A DNA stretch of 64,000 nt from a virus: IMG/VR virus record IMGVR_UViG_2895319678_000007; one strand, 5' to 3'. This document shows, piece after piece, positions 46,584 through 55,964 of the stretch (its first letter is position 1; each line of letters begins with the position of its first letter). A program made the position numbers and the translations under genes. The notes below the pieces were generated by a model. The model was not told the DNA's origin and ran no database searches. It saw only the letters and a program-made list of their open reading frames with translations.

Positions 46584-46904
46584 ATGAAATACAATGAACT
46601 CAATATACAACTTCCCGAATCATTGATCGGCGAATTAGATATATTCCTGCGGGAGAAGAATATCGACAAATCTCTATTTGTCCGTGAGGCCATTACACAT
46701 CATATGCTGTTATTAAAAGGTGCAGAGCCGACAACGTTTCCTACGCAATATGACGAGAGCATATCACGCAGAGACAGCATTATTCGAAGCCTCGTACTGG
46801 ATTATCAGGAATTGAGTCGCAGTATAAAAGCACTACGTTGGGATATAGAAGCGACAATAACGGGAATAAATCAAGATGGCGAATTACGAAAACTGATTGC
46901 ATAA
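46584..46904 (+). CDS. Ribbon-helix-helix (CopG/NikR-like) regulator
   Basis: LNIQLPESLIGELDIFLREKNIDKSLFVREAI. Confidence 0.75.
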   Translation: MKYNELNIQLPESLIGELDIFLREKNIDKSLFVREAITHHMLLLKGAEPTTFPTQYDESISRRDSIIRSLVLDYQELSRSIKALRWDIEATITGINQDGELRKLIA

Positions 46905-47280
46905 ATCATCAGGTTCAAGCGACGTTATAGTAAAAATAATTCACGTAATATCGGAGACACGCATGAAAAATGATACGCGTTCTGTGACATTTGATGTTAA
47001 TGATTTTGAAACCAGTGATTCATTTATAGTGAATGTGATATTTCCAAATCATGGTTATTGTACGGTGACGTATGACAACAATGATGTCATTACCGCACGC
47101 CAAATATTAGTAGACCATCCCACATTCAGATCCATTGCAATTTTGTGTGATGTAATTTGGCCGGAGGATATGGCCGGGCGACCAAAACAGGAAGAATTGG
47201 TTGTGACAAAATGGTCATTAGATTTTGAATTTATCAATGAACCCACAGTGGACGTTCTTTTTATTTCTTTACCCGATTAA
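46897..47280 (+). CDS. Hypothetical early protein (start possibly 46963)
   Basis: ORF in the operon with the RHH gene. Confidence 0.55.
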   Translation: MHKSSGSSDVIVKIIHVISETRMKNDTRSVTFDVNDFETSDSFIVNVIFPNHGYCTVTYDNNDVITARQILVDHPTFRSIAILCDVIWPEDMAGRPKQEELVVTKWSLDFEFINEPTVDVLFISLPD

Positions 47281-47295
47281 GCGGAGAATTTAAAA

Positions 47296-47652
47296 ATGAA
47301 TATAACAAAAGTGATTGAAAAGATGCTACCAGAATATGTTTTACTGGATTTATCGAAAGAGGGAACGTTGTCGAGAGTATATGTACTCGAGGGGGAATTT
47401 ATACCGGCAACTGATATACACCCGCCATGCATCGAAGTACGCTGTCGTGATGCACCGAGTGCAAGTTATTATCGTGGTAGTAGGGATACGCCGGATGCAG
47501 TATCGGATGCCGTGAAAAAATATTACGAGCAGGTAGGCATTAGGCATAATGAAACGGTGATCGAGCATATTGTGCTGGAGTGGCCTGAGACGATGAAGTT
47601 TACTGCGATCCTCCTTGTTGTTGAAGGGATCTTATCCGCGTTAAAGAAATGA
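47296..47652 (+). CDS. Hypothetical early protein
   Basis: 118 aa, SD GGAG. Confidence 0.6.
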   Translation: MNITKVIEKMLPEYVLLDLSKEGTLSRVYVLEGEFIPATDIHPPCIEVRCRDAPSASYYRGSRDTPDAVSDAVKKYYEQVGIRHNETVIEHIVLEWPETMKFTAILLVVEGILSALKK

Positions 47653-47697
47653 CTATCGCAGCAGTCTCAGTCATAGAGCACACTCCTTTACAAATTT

Positions 47698-48012
47698 CTA
47701 AATACCATCAAAGATAAAATCCATTGCTGCCTTAATTCTGTCACGGTACTGAGTTGCATCACAAAATTCCGCACCCAAAGCGCGAACAGGTACACTTGCC
47801 AATTCATGCGTCATGACCGCATATTCTTTGTCGTCTATCAGTCTGACAAGCGGGATCATTCGCTCCGGGCGAGCGTTATCGGGATATTTTTCAATAGGCA
47901 GCAATGGAATAACAATTCTTCGGTTTAATTGCCCAATAATGTCGCTGGTGACATCCAGTAACAGAGGATAAACAGAGGTTCTTCCAGTATTACAATAAAC
48001 GGTGAATTGCAT
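47698..48012 (-). CDS. ccdB: Gyrase poison CcdB
   Basis: MQFTVY..YPLLLDVTSDII..LNRRIVIPL...MTHELASVP...DFIFDGI. Confidence 0.93.
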   Translation of the reverse strand: MQFTVYCNTGRTSVYPLLLDVTSDIIGQLNRRIVIPLLPIEKYPDNARPERMIPLVRLIDDKEYAVMTHELASVPVRALGAEFCDATQYRDRIKAAMDFIFDGI

Positions 48013-48014
48013 AA

Positions 48015-48251
48015 TTAAAATGTCCTGTATTCATCACTGAAACAGCCGTGTTCATCATGAAAACGGTTTAATGCTTCCAGAGCTTCTGCGTTTTCTTCCT
48101 GCCATTTCTTCGCCTCATAATGACGTAATTCTGCATCCAGAGCAGCGGAAAAGGTTGCGCTGAAATTGATGCCTGCCTCACGTGCCCGACTCAGTAAACC
48201 TCTTTCTATGGTCATTGTGACACTTTGGGTATTTCTTTGTTTTACTGTCAT
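48015..48251 (-). CDS. ccdA: Antitoxin CcdA
   Basis: KWQEENAEALEALNRF.DEHGCFSDEYRTF. Confidence 0.93.
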   Translation of the reverse strand: MTVKQRNTQSVTMTIERGLLSRAREAGINFSATFSAALDAELRHYEAKKWQEENAEALEALNRFHDEHGCFSDEYRTF

Positions 48252-48402
48252 GATTGATTTCCTCCATTAACATATCGTGCAGATTACACGTAAATATACA
48301 CAAACACAATCACAGTGCTTTTTTATTCTTTTTATTGTGCGAGCTACAATTAGTTGCAATACTTAATGTTGTAACTTGCACAGCAACTTTTCGAGGTAAC
48401 TT

Positions 48403-48843
48403 ATGACAACAGAAACGATAGATCATTCTACCCTCTACCGCTTGGTTGACGCGGGTGTGGTGCGTGATGCACAGGTTGTGAGTACACTTGATGGCTGGAT
48501 AGTGACCGTAAAGTATGGCATCGCAGAGTGTGCGCTAGCCGCCCAGCGCAGTGGTCAGGTACGTCTGTTTAAAAAATTGGAAACGCTGGTGAATTATCTG
48601 CAAAGCATCGGGATTGCCCAGTTTAATGTTGACGCCTCCAACTACAGCGCAGAACACCAGAGCAAGAATGCGCGTCCCGATAGAGCCGTCGCGTTAAAAC
48701 GTGCACATGAAGCGGCTGCCTATGACGAGTGGTTCAAGGCACAGGTGCAAGCGTCCATTGACGATCCGCGTCCTGCGATAGCCCACGAGGATGCTAAACG
48801 TCATTTTGCGTCCAAAAAAGACAGTCTACGTAAGGGATTATAA
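48403..48843 (+). CDS. Antitoxin with a PaaA2-like C-terminus and an extra N-terminal domain
   Basis: AYDEWFKAQVQASIDDPRPAIAHED resembles PaaA2 SYNEWLRAKV..SLADPRPAIPHDE. Confidence 0.78.
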   Translation: MTTETIDHSTLYRLVDAGVVRDAQVVSTLDGWIVTVKYGIAECALAAQRSGQVRLFKKLETLVNYLQSIGIAQFNVDASNYSAEHQSKNARPDRAVALKRAHEAAAYDEWFKAQVQASIDDPRPAIAHEDAKRHFASKKDSLRKGL

Positions 48844-49124
48844 TGCGCCTTGAGTGGAAACCTATGGCTTTGGCGGACAGGGAGCAGATCATGGATTATA
48901 TCGCTCAGGATAATCCACAGGCCGCGATTGTGCTTGATGATGAGTTTGAAGCATCGGCAGAGCGGGCTTGTCTGCAACCTGAGATGTACAAGCGTGGCAG
49001 GCTGAAAGGGACGCGGGAGATCGTGGTCAGACCGCACTATATACTCATATACCGTGTTGAACGGGATATCCTGATGGTTTTACGTATTCTTCATGCTGCG
49101 CAACAATGGCCGCCAACGGAATAA
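48843..49124 (+). CDS. parE: RelE/ParE-family toxin (ParE2-like)
   Basis: LEW...ALADREQIMDYIAQDNPQAA...GTREIVV.PHYILIYRV...ILH. Confidence 0.82.
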   Translation: MRLEWKPMALADREQIMDYIAQDNPQAAIVLDDEFEASAERACLQPEMYKRGRLKGTREIVVRPHYILIYRVERDILMVLRILHAAQQWPPTE

Positions 49125-49195
49125 CAGAATTTCTGACGGTTTAGGCATAGAATTCTACAACAGTGATAAGACATAAGTGTCTAGAAGGGGGACAA

Positions 49196-50323
49196 ATGTC
49201 ACAAGGGGCAAGATTCGTCGAGAACAGTTATTTAAAAGAACCCACAGAAGAGATGCACCCGAAGCTAAAAGAAACACTGTGGTTTTATATAAAGGGCAGT
49301 CTGGCGCACACACGGGAGCTATTACGTTTAGCACCGAGTAATGCTGCGTGTCCACGAGCGTCCGATGTGCGCGGATGGATGGAAATACTGGATCTGAATA
49401 CGGTGGGTATTGCGCGTTTATTAGGGGTACAGCGGACAAGCGTTGCGACGAACTACCTGAAACCGGATTTGGAGAAGCAGGTGGGTATGACGGCACCGCG
49501 TTTACTGCGGGCGGGGTTGCTAACGGGGTATTTTAAACACCATCCCGATGCGCCTCAGTATTATGCGGCGATGGGCTTACTGGATGAGATGGTTAAAAAG
49601 GGTGAGCTGGACAAGATATGGTATACCATTGTGAACGCGAAGAAACATGGTGCCAAACCCGAAGTGATTGATCAGCTCCGAGAGGCCGCCATTGCGACAA
49701 TGTGTCCGCAATATCCCATGAGTTTATCAGATCCCGGTAATGTAGCGGGGTCGGACGATAAAAGTGCGGCTAGAAAAGTGCGGCCAACGCGGGAAGTGTA
49801 TCGGATGGAAGCCGCTGATAAACGCCGTTTGAACAAGGATTACTCACGACATGTGATTGTCGATGAGGATTTTACCGGCGCGACATTAGACGGCATGTAC
49901 AATGAAACGGTGTTCGTGAATTGTATCTTTAATCAAACCAAGTTGGTGGGGCAATTCTATGATGCCGAGTTTTACCAGTGTCAGGGGACACAAATCTTAC
50001 TCAATGGCTTCTTTGACCGCGCACAATTCTACGAAGCACGCTTTGATGTGATCGAGCTGAAAGGGTCATTCACATTCAGTCGTCTGATCTCCTCCTTTTT
50101 TGGTAATCCCGATGGCATTGAGGCAAAACCGGAACAATTTGAGGGTGCAGAGGGTATTCTTTCCTATATCGATGTCCGGTTGCCCGAACCCCGCACGATA
50201 GATGGCCGCGAAACGCTATCAAAATGGATACAAATTTTCCCGGCGGCAAAAGCATGGTCACGCACGACTCAGCCCGGAACCCCGATGGGTGACGTCTTAC
50301 ATGACGCATATTTTTCTGTATGA
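49196..50323 (+). CDS. XRE-type HTH fused to pentapeptide repeats
   Basis: WMEILDLNTVGIARLLGVQRTSV (HTH); FTGATLDG..FVNCIFNQTKL..FYDAEFYQC..FDRAQFYEARF (repeats). Confidence 0.65.
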   Translation: MSQGARFVENSYLKEPTEEMHPKLKETLWFYIKGSLAHTRELLRLAPSNAACPRASDVRGWMEILDLNTVGIARLLGVQRTSVATNYLKPDLEKQVGMTAPRLLRAGLLTGYFKHHPDAPQYYAAMGLLDEMVKKGELDKIWYTIVNAKKHGAKPEVIDQLREAAIATMCPQYPMSLSDPGNVAGSDDKSAARKVRPTREVYRMEAADKRRLNKDYSRHVIVDEDFTGATLDGMYNETVFVNCIFNQTKLVGQFYDAEFYQCQGTQILLNGFFDRAQFYEARFDVIELKGSFTFSRLISSFFGNPDGIEAKPEQFEGAEGILSYIDVRLPEPRTIDGRETLSKWIQIFPAAKAWSRTTQPGTPMGDVLHDAYFSV

Positions 50324-50404
50324 TTGAAAGAATTCGCGCTGTGTAGCTATTAGCTACACAACCTGTTATACTCTTTGTATATCTATTAGCTATACAGGTG
50401 ATGT

Positions 50405-50677
50405 ATGAAAACACAACCGAAAGAAACGCCAATTAATATCCGGGCAAAAGCCTTTCAACGGGATCTGATTGACCACGCAGCCAGTCTGAATTCAAAGACG
50501 CGGACTGATTTTATCTTGGATGCCGCTTGTCGCGCAGCCGAAGAGTCCATCCTTGAGCAACGTCATTTTTTCGTTGACGAGGAAAAATATCAAGCGTTCA
50601 TGCAGATGCTGGAGAAACCCCTTTCTGAAAATGAAGGCTTTAAAAAACTGATGGAGTATAAAGCACCGTGGGAATAA
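50405..50677 (+). CDS. DUF1778 RHH antitoxin (TacA/AtaR-like)
   Basis: INIRA...RDLIDHAA...KTRTDFILDAACRAAE; operator palindrome TGTGTAGCTATTAGCTACACA at 50340. Confidence 0.9.
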   Translation: MKTQPKETPINIRAKAFQRDLIDHAASLNSKTRTDFILDAACRAAEESILEQRHFFVDEEKYQAFMQMLEKPLSENEGFKKLMEYKAPWE

Positions 50678-51150
50678 GCGCACCGGAATTACTCACGGCT
50701 GACCACAATCTCAGTGATTTTTATTGTCAGCACGAAACATTAAATGAATGGCTTGCACGCCGGGCTTTAAAGAATAATAAGCTCGGTGCAAGCCGTACCT
50801 TTGTTATTTGTAAAAAGGGGACAAAAGACGTTATCGGTTATTATTGCCTGAGCGCAGGATCAATTCATCATATTGATGCAATCCCCGCGCTTAAACGTAA
50901 TATGCCGAATCCTATTCCCGTTATTCTTCTCGGCCGCTTGGCTGTCGATATAAAATATCAGGGGCAAAAACTGGGCGCATTGCTGCTACAGGATGCCTGT
51001 AAGCGTGTCGCCAGTACTGCGGAACAAATTGGTATCTCAGCGATAATTGTCCATGCTCTTGATGAGAATGCCCGCATGTTTTATTCCCGTCTTGGTTTTA
51101 CCCAATCACCGCTAGAACCCTATACATTGATGCTGCCATTAGGTAGATAA
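50668..51150 (+). CDS. GNAT acetyltransferase toxin (TacT/AtaT-like)
   Basis: PVILLGRLAVD..YQGQKLGALLL.DA, VHALDENARMFY..LGF. Confidence 0.92.
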   Translation: MGISAPELLTADHNLSDFYCQHETLNEWLARRALKNNKLGASRTFVICKKGTKDVIGYYCLSAGSIHHIDAIPALKRNMPNPIPVILLGRLAVDIKYQGQKLGALLLQDACKRVASTAEQIGISAIIVHALDENARMFYSRLGFTQSPLEPYTLMLPLGR

Positions 51151-51326
51151 AAATAACCAATATTATTCGGGATAAAATAATATAACCTCTCTTTCCATCG
51201 CTTTAATGTAAACTTAAAATATAAAGTTGAAGTTTTAATGTTATTTAATATTCATCGAAATATAAAAAAGAGTTTTAAATGGCTTGGATTTATCATTAGT
51301 TCTGTCGATAGAGAATTAATTGTGGA

Positions 51327-51740
51327 ATGAGTATGAAAAAGTTTATCCTGTTAACATTATTATGTTTTCCCGGCATAGCCCTCTCTGCCACTAAAACACC
51401 CTCTCAAAAAGCGTTAGATTATTGTGCAACCGTTGATTCCTGGGCGGCACAAAAAGTCATTGATGCCGAATTGCGAAAAGGGAAAGAATTGGATCGTGAG
51501 AAAGCTACCGCTTCTTTGATTAATAGAACGAAATTAGTCAGTGGAAAGAATGCGATCCAACTCGGTGAATGGGGACAATTGTACACGCAGACAATTGAAG
51601 TCTCTGTTCCCTACATTGATAATCAAAAAAAGCCGATGCGATTGATTGTTTCGTCAATTATTTCTGCTGAAGAATGTTCCCTTACAGAGCCTGCTTATGT
51701 CGATATGACATTGGGTGATTATACTTCCCATCAAAAATGA
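51327..51740 (+). CDS. Exported two-Cys protein of unknown function
   Basis: Signal peptide MKKFILLTLLCFPGIALSA; C..SWAA and ECS motifs. Confidence 0.7.
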   Translation: MSMKKFILLTLLCFPGIALSATKTPSQKALDYCATVDSWAAQKVIDAELRKGKELDREKATASLINRTKLVSGKNAIQLGEWGQLYTQTIEVSVPYIDNQKKPMRLIVSSIISAEECSLTEPAYVDMTLGDYTSHQK

Positions 51741-51899
51741 ATAAATAGCCCATGTTAATTATCGCATGGGTTGTTTTCACCTCCCTCATTTGACATATAA
51801 ACCCTACCTGAGAAAATAACCTCATTAAATTAATTAAATAGCACTATTTTTAACGACAGCTATTTATCTTTAATCACACCCTTCATTGAGGAATTAATT

Positions 51900-52331
51900 A
51901 TGTCTTCAGAGAGAGAACCCATTACGAAAAAAGAAGTCAGCGACGCCAAAAGAATGCAGTTTTTGCCACATCACTTTGGGCGTTATTTTATGAACGCTGA
52001 GACATACCTTTATAACTGGATGGACAAATATGCTACGGATTATAATGGCGATTATTATTCATATTATGAATTGTCTAACGGTGGAATATTAATCTGTCCT
52101 GCTAAGCGTTATTCGTTATGGTCACCTAATGGTGAATCTTTTGACGATTTATCATCAGAACAAGTGGGTATTACAGTAACACTCTTTTTACTGAATCATT
52201 TCATGTTTAAAACCTATGAACAAGAACAGAGAATGGCGGAGGACTTTAGTCGTAAATACGAAGGATTACTCGATTACGGTGCAGGATTAGGACAAGAAAT
52301 CTGGACACCCATACGAGCCTTAATTGATTAA
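51900..52331 (+). CDS. ardB: Antirestriction protein (ArdB/KlcA family)
   Basis: RMQFLP.HFG, YNG.YY.YYELSNGG, GITVTLFLLNH, IRALID. Confidence 0.88.
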   Translation: MSSEREPITKKEVSDAKRMQFLPHHFGRYFMNAETYLYNWMDKYATDYNGDYYSYYELSNGGILICPAKRYSLWSPNGESFDDLSSEQVGITVTLFLLNHFMFKTYEQEQRMAEDFSRKYEGLLDYGAGLGQEIWTPIRALID

Positions 52332-52488
52332 TTTCCCTGCCTGACAACACTTCCCGGTTATGAAACCAAAATAGCATCTATGTCATTAAGTTCATGGAGG
52401 ATATTCCACGCTTATTTGACATAGGTGCATACAGGAAGAAAATAATATTCATCGAGAAAGAAATAGGATTTATATGTGAGGTATAAAT

Positions 52489-52998
52489 ATGACACCTTCT
52501 ATTTTTGTCACGACAAAAAAACGTTTCGAGCGCGATCCAGGTAACGGAGAGTGGTTCGATTTATTGGACTATTACGATGAAGAGGAATTTTTAGAGGACG
52601 TAAAGGCAACTTGTGGAAAGCTAGATGAGGACGATACTTATTTTTTTCCCGATTGGATAGACATTCCTAAAGAGGCACTGAACAAAGAAGGGCATGTGAA
52701 CTGGGAATATATCGACGTACTCTCTCAGTTAAATGATGATCGTCACAATGCCTATTATGCGTATTGTACGAATCTTCTTTATATTGTCGATAAAGCGACC
52801 TTTGAAAATGCCTATATTACCACTCTGGCTCAAGGGGAATCAGAGTCCGATTTTGTTATAGAGTATGAAGGTGATTTTTTAGATGATAAGGCGATCCCTG
52901 AGATATGCCGACTTTATTTTGATTGGGATGCCTATACACAGGATCGGTTTACTGATACCTATATATGTTATGAAAAACATATCTTTTATAACAGATAA
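52489..52998 (+). CDS. ardA: ArdA-like acidic DNA-mimic antirestriction protein
   Basis: Highly acidic; GEWFDL.DY.DEEEF, LYFDWDAYTQDRF. Confidence 0.8.
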   Translation: MTPSIFVTTKKRFERDPGNGEWFDLLDYYDEEEFLEDVKATCGKLDEDDTYFFPDWIDIPKEALNKEGHVNWEYIDVLSQLNDDRHNAYYAYCTNLLYIVDKATFENAYITTLAQGESESDFVIEYEGDFLDDKAIPEICRLYFDWDAYTQDRFTDTYICYEKHIFYNR

Positions 52999-53007
52999 TT
53001 CACGCAG

Positions 53008-53301
53008 ATGGATAACAGGAGAAAAACGATGGCAAAATTTATTACTTTGCCAGCCGGACAGGTGGTGAATCCGACAAATATTGTGTATATAACGAATGTC
53101 CTGAAAGTGCGGAAAGGCCCATCGAGTCATATTCTCGCAATGACTCCTGAAGAGATTGAGAATATACCAGAGCAGGCACTGTATGCGTTTCGCATAAACA
53201 TGATCGATTATCATATTTGGGTATTCGGACAGAATACGACATCTGAACAATCCGCTGAGAGCATTCGAAATAGTATTGTCTCGCAATTAACTACCGACTA
53301 G
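53008..53301 (+). CDS. Hypothetical early protein
   Basis: 97 aa in operon. Confidence 0.55.
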   Translation: MDNRRKTMAKFITLPAGQVVNPTNIVYITNVLKVRKGPSSHILAMTPEEIENIPEQALYAFRINMIDYHIWVFGQNTTSEQSAESIRNSIVSQLTTD

Positions 53302-53312
53302 GAATAATTCTT

Positions 53313-53663
53313 ATGCCAGAGCTTCAACTCGAAACGAGAACGTCTGCTGTTATTTCTACAGCACACTTATCACAGTCAGATATGGAATTACTCACACAGT
53401 ACACTGAGCGTTTCCACGATGAAGGGGATATGGTTGTACGTATGCCTGAGAAAGTAATACGTCTTTATAAGGAAGGTATCGAAATCTGTCTGGCAACAGA
53501 CGAACATTTAGAGTGTATGGAGGAGATAGCAAATACTCTTGACTTATCAGATGGTTTTCTCAATAATCTGCAACGAATAAAAGAGAATTACCCTGATCTT
53601 TATTCTATCGTTTTTGACCAAGATGCCTTCTTAGTTTCCGGTTTAATCGAATTTGATTGGTAG
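53313..53663 (+). CDS. Acidic protein with ISTAHL motif (DUF5983-like)
   Basis: AVISTAHLSQSD, IVFDQDA. Confidence 0.55.
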   Translation: MPELQLETRTSAVISTAHLSQSDMELLTQYTERFHDEGDMVVRMPEKVIRLYKEGIEICLATDEHLECMEEIANTLDLSDGFLNNLQRIKENYPDLYSIVFDQDAFLVSGLIEFDW

Positions 53664-53709
53664 TACAAAATATTGAATGATTAATTACTCATTCTTAATC
53701 AGACAGTTC

Positions 53710-53737
53710 GGCTCCATTATAATGGAGCTATTTTTTT
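53710..53737 (+). terminator. Intrinsic terminator directly before promoter copy D
   Basis: GCTCCAT-TATA-ATGGAGC followed by TATTTTTTT. Confidence 0.8.
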
Positions 53738-53802
53738 ATCTGTTATTTGACATACATACCGTACTTGAGAAAATAAAGATATATTTTCAAGAGGAGAAAG
53801 AT

Positions 53803-54444
53803 ATGTCAGGTAATTATCATGACTCAAGACCGCGTTGTCTTGTTTGTAAAGGGCACGGCTGTTTTATTTGCAATGAAACAGGTTTACTTTCTGAATTAAC
53901 TTACAATAACGAATCTGTCTCTGTACTCGCAAAGACCGTATTCAGCACGTCTGATGTGGATAGCTATATTCAGACTATCTGTAAAAAAATTAAGAAGGTT
54001 ATACAAAGTGGAATAAAAGTCTCATCTTTAGAAAAGTACCCCCTTGACGAATTTATGTGGCAATTAAAAAAAGAGATCAGAGCAGATATTAATGACAATA
54101 TACCCCATTCCGATATTGGGACATGGTGGCGGATAAATAAAGAGGTATTACCCGCAAAAGAAGCCATAGAGGAATGCTACCTTTTAATTGACCTGCGCAC
54201 AGCGTGTGATATGGGTGAAGTATGGTGTGAGGAACGTCGGATAATCCGAGATGATTACTTTGATGATTATTGTATCGAAGAGTTATATGAATTGGGATAC
54301 CTTTCCTATCGAAATGCAAATATTATAAAATCATCATGGTTAGAGCAATTCATTGACCGGGAAAAATTAAAGGATACGATACAATCCGATTACATTTCTA
54401 TTTCTTTATCAAACGGGGTGGAGTATTGGATTTATAATCAGTAG
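53803..54444 (+). CDS. Zn-finger plus ArdA-C-terminal-like acidic protein
   Basis: CLVCKGHGCFICNETG; IIRDDYFDDY.IE..FIDREKL..DY..NGVEYW; start corrected (SD GAGGAG). Confidence 0.55.
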   Translation: MSGNYHDSRPRCLVCKGHGCFICNETGLLSELTYNNESVSVLAKTVFSTSDVDSYIQTICKKIKKVIQSGIKVSSLEKYPLDEFMWQLKKEIRADINDNIPHSDIGTWWRINKEVLPAKEAIEECYLLIDLRTACDMGEVWCEERRIIRDDYFDDYCIEELYELGYLSYRNANIIKSSWLEQFIDREKLKDTIQSDYISISLSNGVEYWIYNQ

Positions 54445-54454
54445 GTATTTATAA

Positions 54455-54784
54455 ATGAAAATTAAACCCGAACATTATCAAGAATTAAAACGCCTATATA
54501 TTAAGACAATAAAAACCGTTTCTTTACCTCATGAAAAAAATTTATCCGACACGTATAATCGTTGTTTAGAATACATCGAGATATCTAATGAGCAACGTAA
54601 GAATCTTCGTTTACGCTGGCATTTTTATTTCATGGCAATCAATAGGAAAGGAATTTACTCTGACCACTATGAAAATGGACGCTGTGGATTTGGCGGGATA
54701 TTGCATTCTTATTTGAATGACGATCACATTGATACTGCCCTTAAAAAAATAGTAACGGAGCTGGATTTTTCACAGGGTGAATAA
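54455..54784 (+). CDS. Hypothetical early protein
   Basis: 109 aa; YLNDDHIDTALKKI. Confidence 0.6.
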   Translation: MKIKPEHYQELKRLYIKTIKTVSLPHEKNLSDTYNRCLEYIEISNEQRKNLRLRWHFYFMAINRKGIYSDHYENGRCGFGGILHSYLNDDHIDTALKKIVTELDFSQGE

Positions 54785-54968
54785 TGTTTTCCTATTCGTT
54801 TATTTTACATAGCAGCCATATTGAATAATCATAAAACAAGAACAGAATACGGGAAAACGCATAACCATTAAAACCTTTTCAGCAGTCACATAAAAGTATA
54901 TGGTTAATGGGCATTAAGACGTCCCGAACATATTCTATTTTGGTTAGCCTATGTAAAGGTGTATTGTT

Positions 54969-55580
54969 ATGCAACACGTATTAAAAGAAGCCTATACCAC
55001 ACAGGAAGAGGCACGTCATGTTGCACAAAGAATGGCAAGTGCAGCGGGCGTACCCATTTGGATTTATCATCGCAAGCATAAATGGTTTGTCAGTGGCGCA
55101 GTAAATTTGTACGGACACAGGCCAATCATTCCGTCAGTAAAAGAATTCCGGCGTAAGCATCCGATTTATACGTACTGGAAACGAACCGACATTCCTACAG
55201 TACATTATGTCAGTTTGTATGCAGGAAAGTATTATATGCTTGTGGACAACCTGATTACTGCCGTCCCGCTTTATACGCTAGTCTATTTATTATCACAAGG
55301 AAGCCTGTTAGTGATATCACGGACAGACGAGGATAATACGGCAAAAGAAGTAACGTATTATTTACGACGTTACCTGACAGATCAGGTTTTATACCGTTCT
55401 GTCGGTTTTCGTGTCTTTATCGTTCTTGCGGATAAAGATTGGGATATGCTGAAAACAAAGATGTATAACGCGGCGTTGATTTATGACGCGCTCTGGAAAC
55501 CACCAGTTGGTATAACGCAGGAGGAATCATGGCACGTACTCCCGAATCAAAAGTTAAGGAACAAGTCGATAGTTTACTAG
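54969..55580 (+). CDS. Hypothetical protein
   Basis: 203-aa ORF heading the replication operon. Confidence 0.6.
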   Translation: MQHVLKEAYTTQEEARHVAQRMASAAGVPIWIYHRKHKWFVSGAVNLYGHRPIIPSVKEFRRKHPIYTYWKRTDIPTVHYVSLYAGKYYMLVDNLITAVPLYTLVYLLSQGSLLVISRTDEDNTAKEVTYYLRRYLTDQVLYRSVGFRVFIVLADKDWDMLKTKMYNAALIYDALWKPPVGITQEESWHVLPNQKLRNKSIVY

Positions 55581-55915
55581 CGCATGTCGGTGCCTATGTT
55601 CTTACCCCCACGACAGGTGGCTTCGGGCGTAGTGGTCATGCTGACAAAATATGTTGTGTACCAGATAAACAGGGTGGACAGGGATCATTTTTGGCCGTTG
55701 AGGTCAAAGCGGGAAAAAATAAACCCACGGCACTTCAATGCAGACGCTTACTTTCCGCACTGAATGCCGGTGCCTATGCCGCCGTCGTGAATGAAACCAA
55801 TCTGTCTGTATTTCAAACCTGGTTAGATACTATTCATAACGGTACGCTTGACGGGCCACGATACCTGTTACCGAAAGGGATTACGCTGTCTGTTAATACA
55901 AAAGTCGGAAGATGA
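55529..55915 (+). CDS. VRR-NUC (PD-(D/E)XK) nuclease
   Basis: PESKVK, G.SGHAD, FLAVEVKAGKNKPTALQ. Confidence 0.9.
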   Translation: MARTPESKVKEQVDSLLAHVGAYVLTPTTGGFGRSGHADKICCVPDKQGGQGSFLAVEVKAGKNKPTALQCRRLLSALNAGAYAAVVNETNLSVFQTWLDTIHNGTLDGPRYLLPKGITLSVNTKVGR

Positions 55916-55964
55916 GATATAGCGTGTTAGGGATAGCCGCCATGAAATAAATCGAGGGGGTTTA

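Noticed and set aside
48362-48380. Ter-like sequence AATGTTGTAACT
   Set aside because: It lacks the conserved G6 lock base and lies among GTTG(C/T)AA repeats in a TA promoter, so it is more likely an operator.
51327-51740. Possible toxin-subunit call; from memory, similar small exported proteins are sometimes labelled Shiga toxin A-like
   Set aside because: At 137 aa with no RIP catalytic motifs, it is treated as an exported protein of unknown function.
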